Notes: a model not told the origin generated them from the letters alone. A stretch of DNA of 32,000 nucleotides from Promethearchaeum syntrophicum (GCF_008000775.2 NZ_CP042905.2:3870001-3902000); one strand, 5' to 3'; positions 16,135-25,587 are shown, numbered from the stretch's first letter. Made by a program: numbers and translations.

Positions 16135-16722
16135 ATGAATCAAGTGAAATATGATTATAAAAATGAGAAATGGGAAATTTCGATGAATTTTATTAATCCA
16201 TTTTTTAAAATTCTTTGATTCCTTAAATAGTCTAAACTTGGCAATTATACCCGAAAATACATAAAAAGTTAATATTATTGCTGTTAATATTCCTTGAATA
16301 GTTCTTGATAAACTTTTCGTCCTCAATAAGAAACCGTGGATAAATAATAAGATAAGAGCTGTTGATCCCGCAATATAATGTATCCATTGAAGTGGTTTCC
16401 GAGTTTTCATGAAAAAGGTTTTCATATTCTTTTTAAAAGTAATATTAGATTCTTTAGTATCATCCAATTTTCGTGTAAATTTAAATATGAAAAATATCAA
16501 GGCTTTTGATACCACTACACCAAATAAGATTATAGCTGTTAATCCAAGAGCTTTTGATAAATCATCCCCATCATCATCACCATCGTCATCATCTTCATCT
16601 TCATCTTCATCCTCTTGAGTGGTATATTGGATTATAGATTGGGAATTAATCGCGAAAGCAAAAACACTAAAAATTATTAGGAATCCGACAAGAACAAATT
16701 GATATTTAGTTATATTTTTCAT
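16117..16722 (-). CDS. Membrane protein with an N-terminal signal/anchor, an extracytoplasmic poly-Asp/Glu tract and His-bearing TM helices
   Basis: The sequence begins MKNITKYQFVLVGFLIIFSVFAFA, followed by QEDEDEDEDDDDGDDDGDD. Four hydrophobic helices follow, carrying His residues (WIHYIAGSTALILLFIHGFLL; IHRNFPFLIFIIIFHLIHLVL). The antisense ORF 16409..16618 (poly-Ser) is the mirror artefact. Confidence 0.55.
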   Translation of the reverse strand: MKNITKYQFVLVGFLIIFSVFAFAINSQSIIQYTTQEDEDEDEDDDDGDDDGDDLSKALGLTAIILFGVVVSKALIFFIFKFTRKLDDTKESNITFKKNMKTFFMKTRKPLQWIHYIAGSTALILLFIHGFLLRTKSLSRTIQGILTAIILTFYVFSGIIAKFRLFKESKNFKKWINKIHRNFPFLIFIIIFHLIHLVLED

Positions 16723-16795
16723 ATTATCTCTTTTTTATATATCTTGTTTACGATATTTAAACATTTTTAGAATTGTAAATAAAGGGAAAAAAAAT

Positions 16796-16834
16796 AAACC
16801 TATCGGAATTTGAATCCGAGACGTTGATTGCGAT
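16796..16834 (-). other. tRNA 3'-half-like remnant (anticodon-loop-to-acceptor segment only)
   Basis: The minus strand reads ATCGCAA-TCAAC-GTC-TCGGA-TTCAAAT-TCCGA-TAGGTTT. This includes a perfect T-arm (5 bp plus a 7-nt TTCAAAT loop). The octamer TCGCAATC is identical to the anticodon-loop region of the tRNA-Ala 11 nt upstream. No matching 5' half lies adjacent. Confidence 0.3.
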
Positions 16835-16845
16835 AAATATATTTA

Positions 16846-16919
16846 TGGACTCAGCGGGAATTGAACCCGCGACTCCCAGATTGCGAACCTGGTGTTCTAC
16901 CGGTCTAAACCATGAGCCC
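16846..16919 (-). tRNA. tRNA-Ala(CGC), no intron, no encoded CCA
   Basis: The minus strand reads GGGCTCA-TG-GTTT-AGACCGGTA-GAAC-A-CCAGG-TTCGCAA-TCTGG-GAGTC-GCGGG-TTCAATT-CCCGC-TGAGTCC-A. The G3:U70 Ala identity pair is present, the anticodon is CGC, and the length is 74 nt. Confidence 0.9.
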
Positions 16920-16989
16920 ATGGATTTAGGTTCTTTGAAATGATAAAGGGCTTCAAAAGATAAAAAATTTCGTATTTTTTAGATATTAA

Positions 16990-18012
16990 TTATCCATCTA
17001 CCTGTATTTTATGTTTTTTTAAGGTTTCGAGCATTTTTTCAGTAGTTTTGCAAAAGTTGCATATTTTTGAGAAGGTTGGACTACCGCACTCCACACAAAT
17101 CCTATCTAAATGTTTTTCAGAAGAATTTGCTTTTTCTATTTCCGGTTGCATAACTTTGTAATATCTCCTGAGTAAGCTAATCATATTTCCTCTTCTATAT
17201 TGTTCAATCTCGAGTAAAGTTTTTTTAATCTTAATATTTGAGGCTTGGGCAGAGTAGGGACATTCTGTAGGCAAATGTTCGATATTGTCTAAGTAGGCAT
17301 ACATTGCGATCTCTTCTTCATTAATATAGAATAGTGGTTTCAAACGAGAAATGAGATTTTTCGTTTTGGATTCTAGAAAATAACCAGGTTTTTTTAAAAA
17401 TCCAATGTCTACATTAAAAAAATTATTAACTAGAGAAGTTGCTTCATCAGTTAAATTATGACCAGTTAAAACCACTGAAAAGCCATTATCAACCGCGAAT
17501 TTATTTATATAATGTCTTTTTATTAATCCGCAATAAGAACATTCGCCACGGATTCGATCATCGAGAGGTTTTTGTTTTTGTTTTTTGATAACTTGTTTTA
17601 AATTATGAATATCATCAATATTGAATCCGTTTTTCTCCTTAACATCAATTTTGTGAAATGGAATTTCTAATTTATCGCATAGGGATCGCGCAATTATGCC
17701 TGAATCTTTCGAATAGTTATTCTCTGAAATACCTAATTCAATATAAAGCCCGTGTAATTCAATATTATCTGGATATAACTTCTTCATTATAGAAAGTAAA
17801 ACTTGTGAATCTTTCCCTCCACTTAGAGCAATTAAAATCTTATTTTTCCTTTCACGATGAATTATGTGAGATTTTAGAATTAACTTTTGAACCCTTTTAT
17901 CAACATTTGCGATAAAATGGTCTTTACATAAAGCTAAATTTGAGTGCGGAATGCGATAAACAGCTTTACTTTTACATTCCGTGAAAAATTTACAATATTT
18001 AGCCCTTGACAT
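16990..18012 (-). CDS. tRNA 2-thiolation PP-loop ATPase, TtuA/NcsA (Ncs6/Ctu1-like) family
   Basis: 'LIALSGGKDSQVLL' is the PP-loop SGGKDS, and 'LTGHNLTDEA' is also present. Candidate Fe-S ligands are 'CSYCG' and 'ECPY'. There is an N-terminal Cys/His finger (CKFFTEC...CKDHF) and a C-terminal CxxC...CxxC (CVECGSPTFSKICNFC). Confidence 0.8.
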   Translation of the reverse strand: MSRAKYCKFFTECKSKAVYRIPHSNLALCKDHFIANVDKRVQKLILKSHIIHRERKNKILIALSGGKDSQVLLSIMKKLYPDNIELHGLYIELGISENNYSKDSGIIARSLCDKLEIPFHKIDVKEKNGFNIDDIHNLKQVIKKQKQKPLDDRIRGECSYCGLIKRHYINKFAVDNGFSVVLTGHNLTDEATSLVNNFFNVDIGFLKKPGYFLESKTKNLISRLKPLFYINEEEIAMYAYLDNIEHLPTECPYSAQASNIKIKKTLLEIEQYRRGNMISLLRRYYKVMQPEIEKANSSEKHLDRICVECGSPTFSKICNFCKTTEKMLETLKKHKIQVDG

Positions 18013-18015
18013 TAA

Positions 18016-19473
18016 TTATTCAATATCCTTATATTTTTGATATTGGTATAAATTCCGAATAACTTTTCCAGCATTTTCTACAGTATCAAATACGGGAACG
18101 CCTTTTCTGACAAAATAATCTCTATTAAATATATCCTCTATTTCATAGGCGACTGTTGGCATTACTAAAGCCACAGGTTTTCCTTTAACTATCTGGCTTG
18201 CTTGAATAATCGTTTCTAAAATTCGTTTCAGAAAAGCTTGACTGAAATTTTGATCCAGCAATAAAATTCGATCATAGATATAATGTTGAGAAATCTCAAT
18301 AATCATCGAATTTATATTCTCATCTTGCATGGTGAGGGTTATAACTTTTTTCATAACGCTTAAATTCAGAAAAGACCCTCCCAAATCGATGGGGTTTGCA
18401 GCGGAAACACCCGCAGATGAGACTTGATCATAATCTTCAATTTCTTTCATAGTTTTTTCCGACAAATACGGAATTTTAAGCCCTAAATCACCTAATATAT
18501 CAGAATTAGTGACACCTAAACCCCCTGAAACGGCAATTATACCCACATTTGGACCTTTTGGTAATATTTCTGGCTTTACAATTTCAAAAGCAATTAGTGT
18601 ATCAATTAATTCCTCAAAAGTCCGGATTTCAACAATACCTGTTTGCTTAACGATCTCGGTCCATGTTTTTAAATCAGTAGGAGTAGCTCCTGTGTGAGTT
18701 AAAGCAGCTCTAGCACCTAATTCTGTTCTACCCCCTCTCCAGACAACTACTGGTTTTTTTTTATTTGCATATTTTAAAGCTGAAATTAATTTCTTTTTCT
18801 CCTCTTCATTTCTACCTAAGTTTTCAAGATACAACCCGATTACCTTAGTTTCAGGATCATCAGCGAGGAATTCAAGAAAATCAGCTGATTGCAGATCGAC
18901 ACTATTTCCTAATGAAATGACCTTTGAAAAAAGAAGATTTTGTTTATGACCCCGCATTACTACATTCGTTGCTATTCCACCTGATTGTGAGATAAAACTT
19001 ACCCCTCCTTCGTCCATTTGATATATCTCTGAACGGAAAGACAACCCGGATTTAGGACAATATATTCCCAAGCAATTTGGCCCAGCTACGCAGAGATTAT
19101 TCTTTTTAATAATTTTTTTTATTTCTTTAGACCGTTTACGACCGATTTCACCACTTTCAGAAAAGCCAGAGGTAAAGATATGAATAAATTTCACCCGATT
19201 CTTAGCACATTCTTGTAAAACATTTGAAACATGTTCAGCAGGGACGGCAATTATTGCATAATCAACAGGTTCTGGAACTTTGGATAAACTTTGATAGAAC
19301 TGCAAACCACCACCAAATTTTTTTTCTTTATGTATCGGATAAATAGCACCATTAAAACCTGTATCGATAAGAGAATGAATCCAATAATAACCTCTTCTTT
19401 CTGATGGTCCAAAAATCGCAACGGTTTTAGGGTAAAAAAACTCTTTTTTTACTCTTCGTTCTTTCAGTGACAT
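18016..19473 (-). CDS. Acyl-CoA synthetase (NDP-forming) alpha subunit / CoA-binding domain protein
   Basis: 'FFYPKTVAIFGPS...YPIH...YQSLSKVPEPVDYAIIAVPAEHV...IHIFTSGFSESGE' forms the CoA-binding plus succinyl-CoA-ligase-like fold. 'AALTHTGA' carries the phospho-His motif. No ATP-grasp beta subunit lies adjacent in this window. Confidence 0.8.
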   Translation of the reverse strand: MSLKERRVKKEFFYPKTVAIFGPSERRGYYWIHSLIDTGFNGAIYPIHKEKKFGGGLQFYQSLSKVPEPVDYAIIAVPAEHVSNVLQECAKNRVKFIHIFTSGFSESGEIGRKRSKEIKKIIKKNNLCVAGPNCLGIYCPKSGLSFRSEIYQMDEGGVSFISQSGGIATNVVMRGHKQNLLFSKVISLGNSVDLQSADFLEFLADDPETKVIGLYLENLGRNEEEKKKLISALKYANKKKPVVVWRGGRTELGARAALTHTGATPTDLKTWTEIVKQTGIVEIRTFEELIDTLIAFEIVKPEILPKGPNVGIIAVSGGLGVTNSDILGDLGLKIPYLSEKTMKEIEDYDQVSSAGVSAANPIDLGGSFLNLSVMKKVITLTMQDENINSMIIEISQHYIYDRILLLDQNFSQAFLKRILETIIQASQIVKGKPVALVMPTVAYEIEDIFNRDYFVRKGVPVFDTVENAGKVIRNLYQYQKYKDIE

Positions 19474-19989
19474 TACATAAAAATTGGGAATTTAAAAAGT
19501 ATAAATTTTTGGTTTTTTTCCTTATTAATTTTGTATCATGAGGATAATACCAGTATAACATTTTCCATTTTATTTATGGATATTTTCCAAGTTAATTATG
19601 AATATAGAACACAATATTGAACAAATTTTGGAAGAATCGGTAAAACTTTTTTTCCAAATTGGTTTAGAAGATTTGGCACAGAAATGGGATTTAATATTAA
19701 AAAATTATAGATCTTCACTTCAAATTGCATAGAATTACATTCGGGTAATATTGATTAATTTTTAATAAAATTAATTTGGAGTCTATTATTATTTCTTATT
19801 ACTTTTGAGGGAGTAAGAGATTCCAGTATGTATCATATATTTCAATCTCATTATATAGAATCAGATAATCCAAAAAATTAAACCGGTTTTTGGTGCGATC
19901 AAGTTTTCTTAATTGGTGAACTTAAATTGAAGCAATGATAACTTCATACTGTTCAAATCATTTTATTAACCTCTGTTAGGTGTTAAAAC

Positions 19990-21840
19990 ATGTGTGGAAT
20001 TTTTGGTTTAATTACAAAGAGAAAGGATATGCCCATAGCTAAGTTAATCCGTGAAGGTTTAGAACGGATGGAGTACCGAGGTTATGATAGCGCGGGTATC
20101 GCTTTAGTTAATGACGGAAAAATCGAACTTCGTAAAAAAGCAGGCAGAATTATAGATATTAATAAAAACGGCTGGTTAGATAGCATGTCGGGGCAATTCG
20201 GCGTTGGCCATACACGTTGGGCAACTCATGGACGCCCTGTAGAATTTAATTCTCATCCTCATTTAGATTGTTCAGGAAAAATCGCTTTAGTACATAACGG
20301 TATAATCGAAAATTATCAAGATCTTCGTAAGGAATTGATTGCTCGGGGCCATAATCTTAAATCTGATACTGATACAGAAGTATTTCCACATTTAATTGAA
20401 GAGTTTATAGGGAAAGGTTTCGATTTAAAAGATTCTGTAATTGAAACTGTTAAATTGTGTAAAGGAGCTTATGGTGTTGTTGTATGCCATGCAGATACTC
20501 CAGAATATATGGTTGTTGCGCGGAAAGAATCACCTCTAATAATTGGGATAACTCCCGGAGAAACAACCTATTGTGGTTCAGACATTCCAGCTTTTCTACC
20601 TTTAACTCGTAAAGCAATTATACTAGATGATGATGAAGTAGCGGTACTTTACCCAGGAGAAGTAGAAATTTTCAAAGTTAAATCTGGTGAAAAAAAGAAG
20701 TTGGATATGATGGATGTCAAATATTCAATGGAAGCTGCCCAAAAAGTACTAGATGGAAAATCGTACAAATGGTTCATGCATAAAGAATTACATGAAGTTC
20801 CTCGTAAAATAAAAGAGCAAATTATGATGCCCCAAGAGGACCTTGATAGTTTCGTTAAAACAATCTTAGAGGCAGAAAGAATTTTTATTACCGCTGCTGG
20901 AACTGCTTTTTATGCAGCTTTAGCGGGAAAATTCCTAATATCTAATTTTGGGGGACCTTATGTTGAAGCTATTTTGTGTTCAGAATTCATAGATACTTTA
21001 CCAAATATGCCAGAAAATTCAGTCGTAATTGCAGTCTCTCAATCAGGAGAAACTGCTGATACTATTGAAGCTATTAGATATGCCCGAGAAAAACATGGAG
21101 CGAAAATTTGCTCAATTGTAAATGTTGTCGGTTCTTCCTTAACACGCTATTCGGATGAAGTGATTATTACTACTGCGGGTCTTGAAATTGCTGTAGCATC
21201 TCAAAAAGCCTATTGCACACAAGTTTCTGCCCTTACTTTGATAGCATTAAGAATTGCTGAACTTAAGGAAACTTACAGTGTTGAAGAAATTAAAAAATTC
21301 AGGGATGCTCTTCTTAAAACAGTAGATATCGCTGAAAATATCTTAATAGAAGAAGGAAAAATAAGAGAAATCGGAGAAAAAATTAGTAATGAAACTAATA
21401 TATATTTTCTAGCGCGAGGAATATCCACTTCAGCGGCATTAGAAGGGGCTTTAAAATTGAAGGAAATAGCATATATCCATACAGAGGCATATGCGGCGGG
21501 AGAATCAAAACATGGACCAATCGCATTAATTGAAGAAGGGTTTCCTTGTATATTTATTGCACCTCCCGATGCAACATATTCTCGGCTCATCGGAAATATA
21601 ATGGAAATGAAAAGTCGCGGAGCAAAAATTATTTCAGTGGTTGCAGATTTTGATGAAAATGTAACCGAAATCTCAGACTATACAATTCGGATTCCTATTG
21701 AAAATAACAAATACGCTATAGCAACCAGTATAGTTCCATTCGTTTTAACATTACAATTAATGGCTTATTTCGTATCTGATTTTAAGGGATTGGATCCAGA
21801 TAAACCAAAAAATTTAGCGAAAAGTGTTACGGTGAAATAG
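19990..21840 (+). CDS. glmS: Glutamine--fructose-6-phosphate aminotransferase (isomerizing)
   Basis: 'MCGIFG' is the Cys1 Ntn amidotransferase start. 'GHTRWATHG' and the two SIS-domain motifs 'SQSGETADT' and 'ARGISTSAALEGALKLKE' are present. 616 aa. Confidence 0.95.
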   Translation: MCGIFGLITKRKDMPIAKLIREGLERMEYRGYDSAGIALVNDGKIELRKKAGRIIDINKNGWLDSMSGQFGVGHTRWATHGRPVEFNSHPHLDCSGKIALVHNGIIENYQDLRKELIARGHNLKSDTDTEVFPHLIEEFIGKGFDLKDSVIETVKLCKGAYGVVVCHADTPEYMVVARKESPLIIGITPGETTYCGSDIPAFLPLTRKAIILDDDEVAVLYPGEVEIFKVKSGEKKKLDMMDVKYSMEAAQKVLDGKSYKWFMHKELHEVPRKIKEQIMMPQEDLDSFVKTILEAERIFITAAGTAFYAALAGKFLISNFGGPYVEAILCSEFIDTLPNMPENSVVIAVSQSGETADTIEAIRYAREKHGAKICSIVNVVGSSLTRYSDEVIITTAGLEIAVASQKAYCTQVSALTLIALRIAELKETYSVEEIKKFRDALLKTVDIAENILIEEGKIREIGEKISNETNIYFLARGISTSAALEGALKLKEIAYIHTEAYAAGESKHGPIALIEEGFPCIFIAPPDATYSRLIGNIMEMKSRGAKIISVVADFDENVTEISDYTIRIPIENNKYAIATSIVPFVLTLQLMAYFVSDFKGLDPDKPKNLAKSVTVK

Positions 21841-22960
21841 CAATTCGTTCAATTTGTTGAAGAAATTTGTTAAAATTTTCATATTTTTTAATTAGATTAA
21901 TAAACTCTGTTATATAATTATAAATTTCTTTATAACCGAGTAAATTGTGTAATTTTAATTTCTCAGAATCTAATTCTTCTTTCATTTCAATAAAATTTGC
22001 TTTAGATTCAAATATTCTATCAAATATATGTCTTAATCGAACAATTATGCTCAAGGATAGTGATCTCATATAATATACTTTAATTGGACGATTAGAATTT
22101 GAACTTGAGACGAGATTTATCACAAATGAAATCATACCACTATTCATTAATTCATTTAGTCCATCAGAAATCTGACCGATTGATAACCCGCTTACTTTTT
22201 TAAGGTCTTTTTGAGTTAGTAAAAACCTAGTAATAAAATAGGGCATCAGAAGAGATTTTGATGCACCTTTTATACGTTGAAATAGAGTTTTTTGAAGGAA
22301 TTTAATGATATCTAATTCAATTAATTTGATTTTATTATCATATTCTATAAATTGATACTCAGAAGGAAGAATCTTAGGCTTGAACAGTTCAAAGTTTTTT
22401 TCTAGTGAATTATTAACTTTAAGCGGGTTTTCTTCTTCTAATGAAATTAAGAATTCATCTAAAACTTGATTGATTAATTTAAGCTGTAAAATATTGGAGG
22501 ATAGTTGATTCTTAATTTCTTTACTCCCTCGTAATGAATTAAATTCAGGTTTAGATAATTTATTATTCTTGTGATGTAAAAATTGAATTGTTGATTCAAC
22601 ATATTTATGGGTCATGATAATACTTTGTTTTATTGAATCTTCAAACTTTCCGGGTATTTTGTATTGGTATGTATGAGTGTTAGGAATACGTATTTTTTCA
22701 ACAATATTGAGATTCTGAAGCATATTTAAGGTATTTGATATATTTGCAAGTGAATATCCGCTAAGTGTTTTAAGATCTTTTTGGGTAATATCCTGAAAAA
22801 TCATTAAATATGGAGTTATTGCAGAAATTTTCTTTGATGTACCTTTAATTTTACCGAGATCTTGATAAAATTGAAAAATTTGATCAAAATAGGGTACTAA
22901 TTTTTTATCCATTAAAATATCTTGAACTTTTTTTTGCTCTTCCTTATCCACTTTTCTCAA
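21827..22960 (-). CDS. Putative transcriptional regulator with two winged-helix (MarR/GbsR-like) DNA-binding domains
   Basis: Two internal copies of an HTH pattern: 'ITQKDLKTLSGYSLANISNTLNMLQNLNIVEKI' and 'LTQKDLKKVSGLSIGQISDGLNELMNSGMISFV'. The gene is divergent from the PEP-utilizing enzyme gene and overlaps the glmS 3' end by 14 nt (convergent). Confidence 0.6.
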   Translation of the reverse strand: MRKVDKEEQKKVQDILMDKKLVPYFDQIFQFYQDLGKIKGTSKKISAITPYLMIFQDITQKDLKTLSGYSLANISNTLNMLQNLNIVEKIRIPNTHTYQYKIPGKFEDSIKQSIIMTHKYVESTIQFLHHKNNKLSKPEFNSLRGSKEIKNQLSSNILQLKLINQVLDEFLISLEEENPLKVNNSLEKNFELFKPKILPSEYQFIEYDNKIKLIELDIIKFLQKTLFQRIKGASKSLLMPYFITRFLLTQKDLKKVSGLSIGQISDGLNELMNSGMISFVINLVSSSNSNRPIKVYYMRSLSLSIIVRLRHIFDRIFESKANFIEMKEELDSEKLKLHNLLGYKEIYNYITEFINLIKKYENFNKFLQQIERIAISP

Positions 22961-23091
22961 GAATATAATAGAATTCGATAATTAAAATTTTTTCATTTTT
23001 TATAATTTTGCGAAAATTTAAATATGGATATTTTCTTAATTTATTTGAATTTTCATAAATTTGTAAAATTTAAAAAATTAAAAAATAAAAA

Positions 23092-23187
23092 ATGATGGTA
23101 GAAAATAGTATGATGAAAGAAGATTCGATGATGGTAGAAAATAGTATGATGAAAAAAGATTCGATGATGGTAAAAAATACAAAAATG
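23092..23187 (+). repeat. 36-bp tandem repeat (2 full copies plus a degenerate partial copy) encoding MMxxxS hexapeptide repeats
   Basis: 23092..23127 and 23128..23163 differ at 1 of 36 positions (atgatggtagaaaatagtatgatgaaaRaagattcg). 23164..23187 is a diverged partial copy. The tract translates to MMVENS MMKEDS MMVENS MMKKDS MMVKNT KM. Confidence 0.9.
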
Positions 23188-25575
23188 CTAATATCTTTTT
23201 GTAAAGAATTTGATGAACTTTTAAATCATGAACTTACATTTGCAGGAGGAAAAGGGGGAGTATTGGCAAAATTATTCAATTTGAAATATCCAGTACCAAG
23301 AGGTATTGTTATTTTTCCAGATAGTTTTAATTCCTATGGTCTAAAAGAGCAAGCTTGGGAAGAAATAAAAAATAAACTTCAAATTTTCGAAGATTCTTAC
23401 GATATTACAGAATTTGCGGTAAGATCATCGGCATTAAGTGAAGATTCAGGCATTGCATCCTTTGCTGGAGAATTTGAGACAGTTTTAAATGTAAAATCTG
23501 AAGAGAAAATAAAGGAGGCAATCCATGTTGTTTTTAACTCCAGATTGAGTGATCGAGTTAAATCCTATAGTAAAGAAAAAGGTTTTAATAGTGATCATCA
23601 AATCGCGGTTGTAATCCAAGAAATGGTTCATTCAAAATATTCTGGGGTTTTATTTACAGCAGATCCAGTCACTGCTAATCGTTCGCTAATGATTGGAAAT
23701 TATACTGAAGGATTAGGAGAAAAATTAGTTTCTGGTGAAATTAACCCCGAAATATTCAATATTAAAAGACCAAAGGGTGAATATGCTGGACCCTCAGAAA
23801 TAGCAAAATTTGCTAAAAAATTATTTAAAATAGCAGTTAAAATTGAACTTGAAATGGGATTCCCCCAGGATATTGAATGGACTATAGCTCACAAAAAACT
23901 TTACATTCTTCAATCAAGACCAATCACAACACTCAAGCCATATAATCCTGTCACAGGAGGATGGAATGATTCTTTAGGAGGAAAATATTTATGGACCTCA
24001 AACAATGCCGGAGAAGGGATGGAAGATATTGTGGTTCCATTTGTATGGTCCTACATGCAGAAAACATTTATAGATTTAGTTAGAATTATTCCTGGAATTG
24101 CACCCATCGGCAACATTTGTGGACGGCTTTATTTCAATATAAGTTATATGTTAACGATGTTTAAATTAATGGGAAAAAATCCCGAACAAGCAATTGATGA
24201 ATTTGCAGAAATGTTTGGAAAAGTCCCTAAAGGTATAGATATGCCTACACTCCCCTATCCAAAAATGACACTAATCAAAATGATGATGAAAAACGCTAAA
24301 CCTATCAAGAAAAATAAAGCGAAAGCATCGAAAAATTATATTCAAAATTTTAAACGAGTTCCTAATATTATTGTCGAATTCTTAGATACCATTCCGAATC
24401 TAAATACACATGAAGAATTAAAGGAGTTCTGGGAAGATAAACTATTTCCATATGCGATAAAATTGCGTTGGATGATGCTTGGACCAGGTTCCAAAAGTAT
24501 GGAATTTACCTCAAAAATTAGAACTAAACTCAAAAAGATTGTTGGAGAAGAAAAAGCCACAATATTAATATCAAATTTAAGTAGCGAAACAGAATTATTG
24601 GATAGTCTTGGTCCCTTAGTAGGATTATCAAAAGTAATCAATGGAGAAATGTCACGAGAGGAATATCTCTTTAATTACGGTCATCGTAGTGCTCATGAAG
24701 GAGATATGACTACACCTCGTCCGATTGAAGATCCAAATTGGTTAAACACAAAATTAGCAGAATTTAAAAAATCAAATATCAATATCAACACTCTATTAAA
24801 AAATCAAAAAGAAAAATATCAAGCAACACTAATTCAATTTCAAACAGATTTCCCAAAAATTGCTAAAAAAATGGAAAAAGACCTAAAATTAGTAGCAATT
24901 AGAAGTAGAGAGCGGGAAAAAAGTCGTTCGGAATCAGTGCGATTTGGTTATGCAATAAGAAAATTTGCCCTCAAAGTTGGTGAAATAACAGGTTTGAACG
25001 ATGATGTATTCTATATCACTATTGATGAAATGCTTCAAATATTAGCTGGAAATATCGCTTCCACAAATTTAATTCACTCTAGGAAGCATAATTTTAATAA
25101 TTATAGAAAATTTCATCCTTATCCCGTTTATATTTGTGGAATTTTTAATCCTGAAGAATGGTATAAAAACCCAAACCGAAGAACTGATATTTATGATGCA
25201 GACAAAATTGAAGATTCTGGTTTTAGAAATTTGGAATCTTCAAATAAAAAATCACAAATTCAAGGATTTTCTGGATCTTCAGGTGTAATTGAGGGAAAAG
25301 TTCGTATATTAAATAGTATCGAAGAAGGAGACAAATTCGAAGAAGGAGAGATTTTAGTCGCAAAATCTACAAATATCGGGTGGACTCTCATATTTCCAAA
25401 AGCAGCTGGTATTATTACAGATATAGGTGCACCTCTCTCACATGCTTCAATTGTTGCTAGAGAATTAGGAATTCCTGCTGTAGTGGGCACAATCAATGCA
25501 ACCATGATATTAAAAACAGGTGACTTGGTTAAGGTTAATGGAACAAAAGGGATCGTTGAGATTCTTTCCGACTAA
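23092..25575 (+). CDS. PEP-utilizing-enzyme family protein (PPDK_N ATP-grasp plus C-terminal phospho-His swivel domain, no PEP/pyruvate TIM barrel); rifampicin-phosphotransferase-like small-molecule dikinase
   Basis: 'FAGGKGGVLAKLFNLKYPVPRGIVI' and 'FAVRSSALSEDSGIASFAGEFETVLNV' mark the N-terminal PPDK_N-type domain. 'GSSGVIEGKVRIL...ILVAKSTNIGWTLIFPKAAGIITDIGAPLSHASIVARELGIPAVVG' is the mobile His domain (His codon at 25441..25443). The ORF ends about 40 aa later. The real start may be ATG 23185, after the Met-rich repeat. Confidence 0.8.
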   Translation: MMVENSMMKEDSMMVENSMMKKDSMMVKNTKMLISFCKEFDELLNHELTFAGGKGGVLAKLFNLKYPVPRGIVIFPDSFNSYGLKEQAWEEIKNKLQIFEDSYDITEFAVRSSALSEDSGIASFAGEFETVLNVKSEEKIKEAIHVVFNSRLSDRVKSYSKEKGFNSDHQIAVVIQEMVHSKYSGVLFTADPVTANRSLMIGNYTEGLGEKLVSGEINPEIFNIKRPKGEYAGPSEIAKFAKKLFKIAVKIELEMGFPQDIEWTIAHKKLYILQSRPITTLKPYNPVTGGWNDSLGGKYLWTSNNAGEGMEDIVVPFVWSYMQKTFIDLVRIIPGIAPIGNICGRLYFNISYMLTMFKLMGKNPEQAIDEFAEMFGKVPKGIDMPTLPYPKMTLIKMMMKNAKPIKKNKAKASKNYIQNFKRVPNIIVEFLDTIPNLNTHEELKEFWEDKLFPYAIKLRWMMLGPGSKSMEFTSKIRTKLKKIVGEEKATILISNLSSETELLDSLGPLVGLSKVINGEMSREEYLFNYGHRSAHEGDMTTPRPIEDPNWLNTKLAEFKKSNININTLLKNQKEKYQATLIQFQTDFPKIAKKMEKDLKLVAIRSREREKSRSESVRFGYAIRKFALKVGEITGLNDDVFYITIDEMLQILAGNIASTNLIHSRKHNFNNYRKFHPYPVYICGIFNPEEWYKNPNRRTDIYDADKIEDSGFRNLESSNKKSQIQGFSGSSGVIEGKVRILNSIEEGDKFEEGEILVAKSTNIGWTLIFPKAAGIITDIGAPLSHASIVARELGIPAVVGTINATMILKTGDLVKVNGTKGIVEILSD

Positions 25576-25579
25576 AACC

Positions 25580-25587
25580 TTTTTTTT
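25580..25587 (+). terminator. T8 run after the PEP-utilizing enzyme gene (candidate archaeal terminator)
   Basis: cc-tttttttt lies 5 nt after the stop at 25573..25575. Confidence 0.35.

Noticed and set aside
19474-19989. The long 516-bp spacer upstream of glmS: possible glmS ribozyme, or the 44-aa sORF at 19598..19732 (MNIEHNIEQILEESVKLFFQIGLEDLAQKWDLILKNYRSSLQIA)
   Set aside because: The glmS ribozyme is known from bacteria. I see no GC-rich nested-pseudoknot core here, and the region is uniformly AT-rich. The sORF is short enough to arise by chance and has no supporting signal. An Rfam scan or Ribo-seq would settle both.
23092-23187. Considered whether the 36-bp repeats are a mini CRISPR array
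   Set aside because: The units are directly abutting with no spacers, they lie in frame with a downstream gene, and no cas genes are present. This is a simple tandem repeat.
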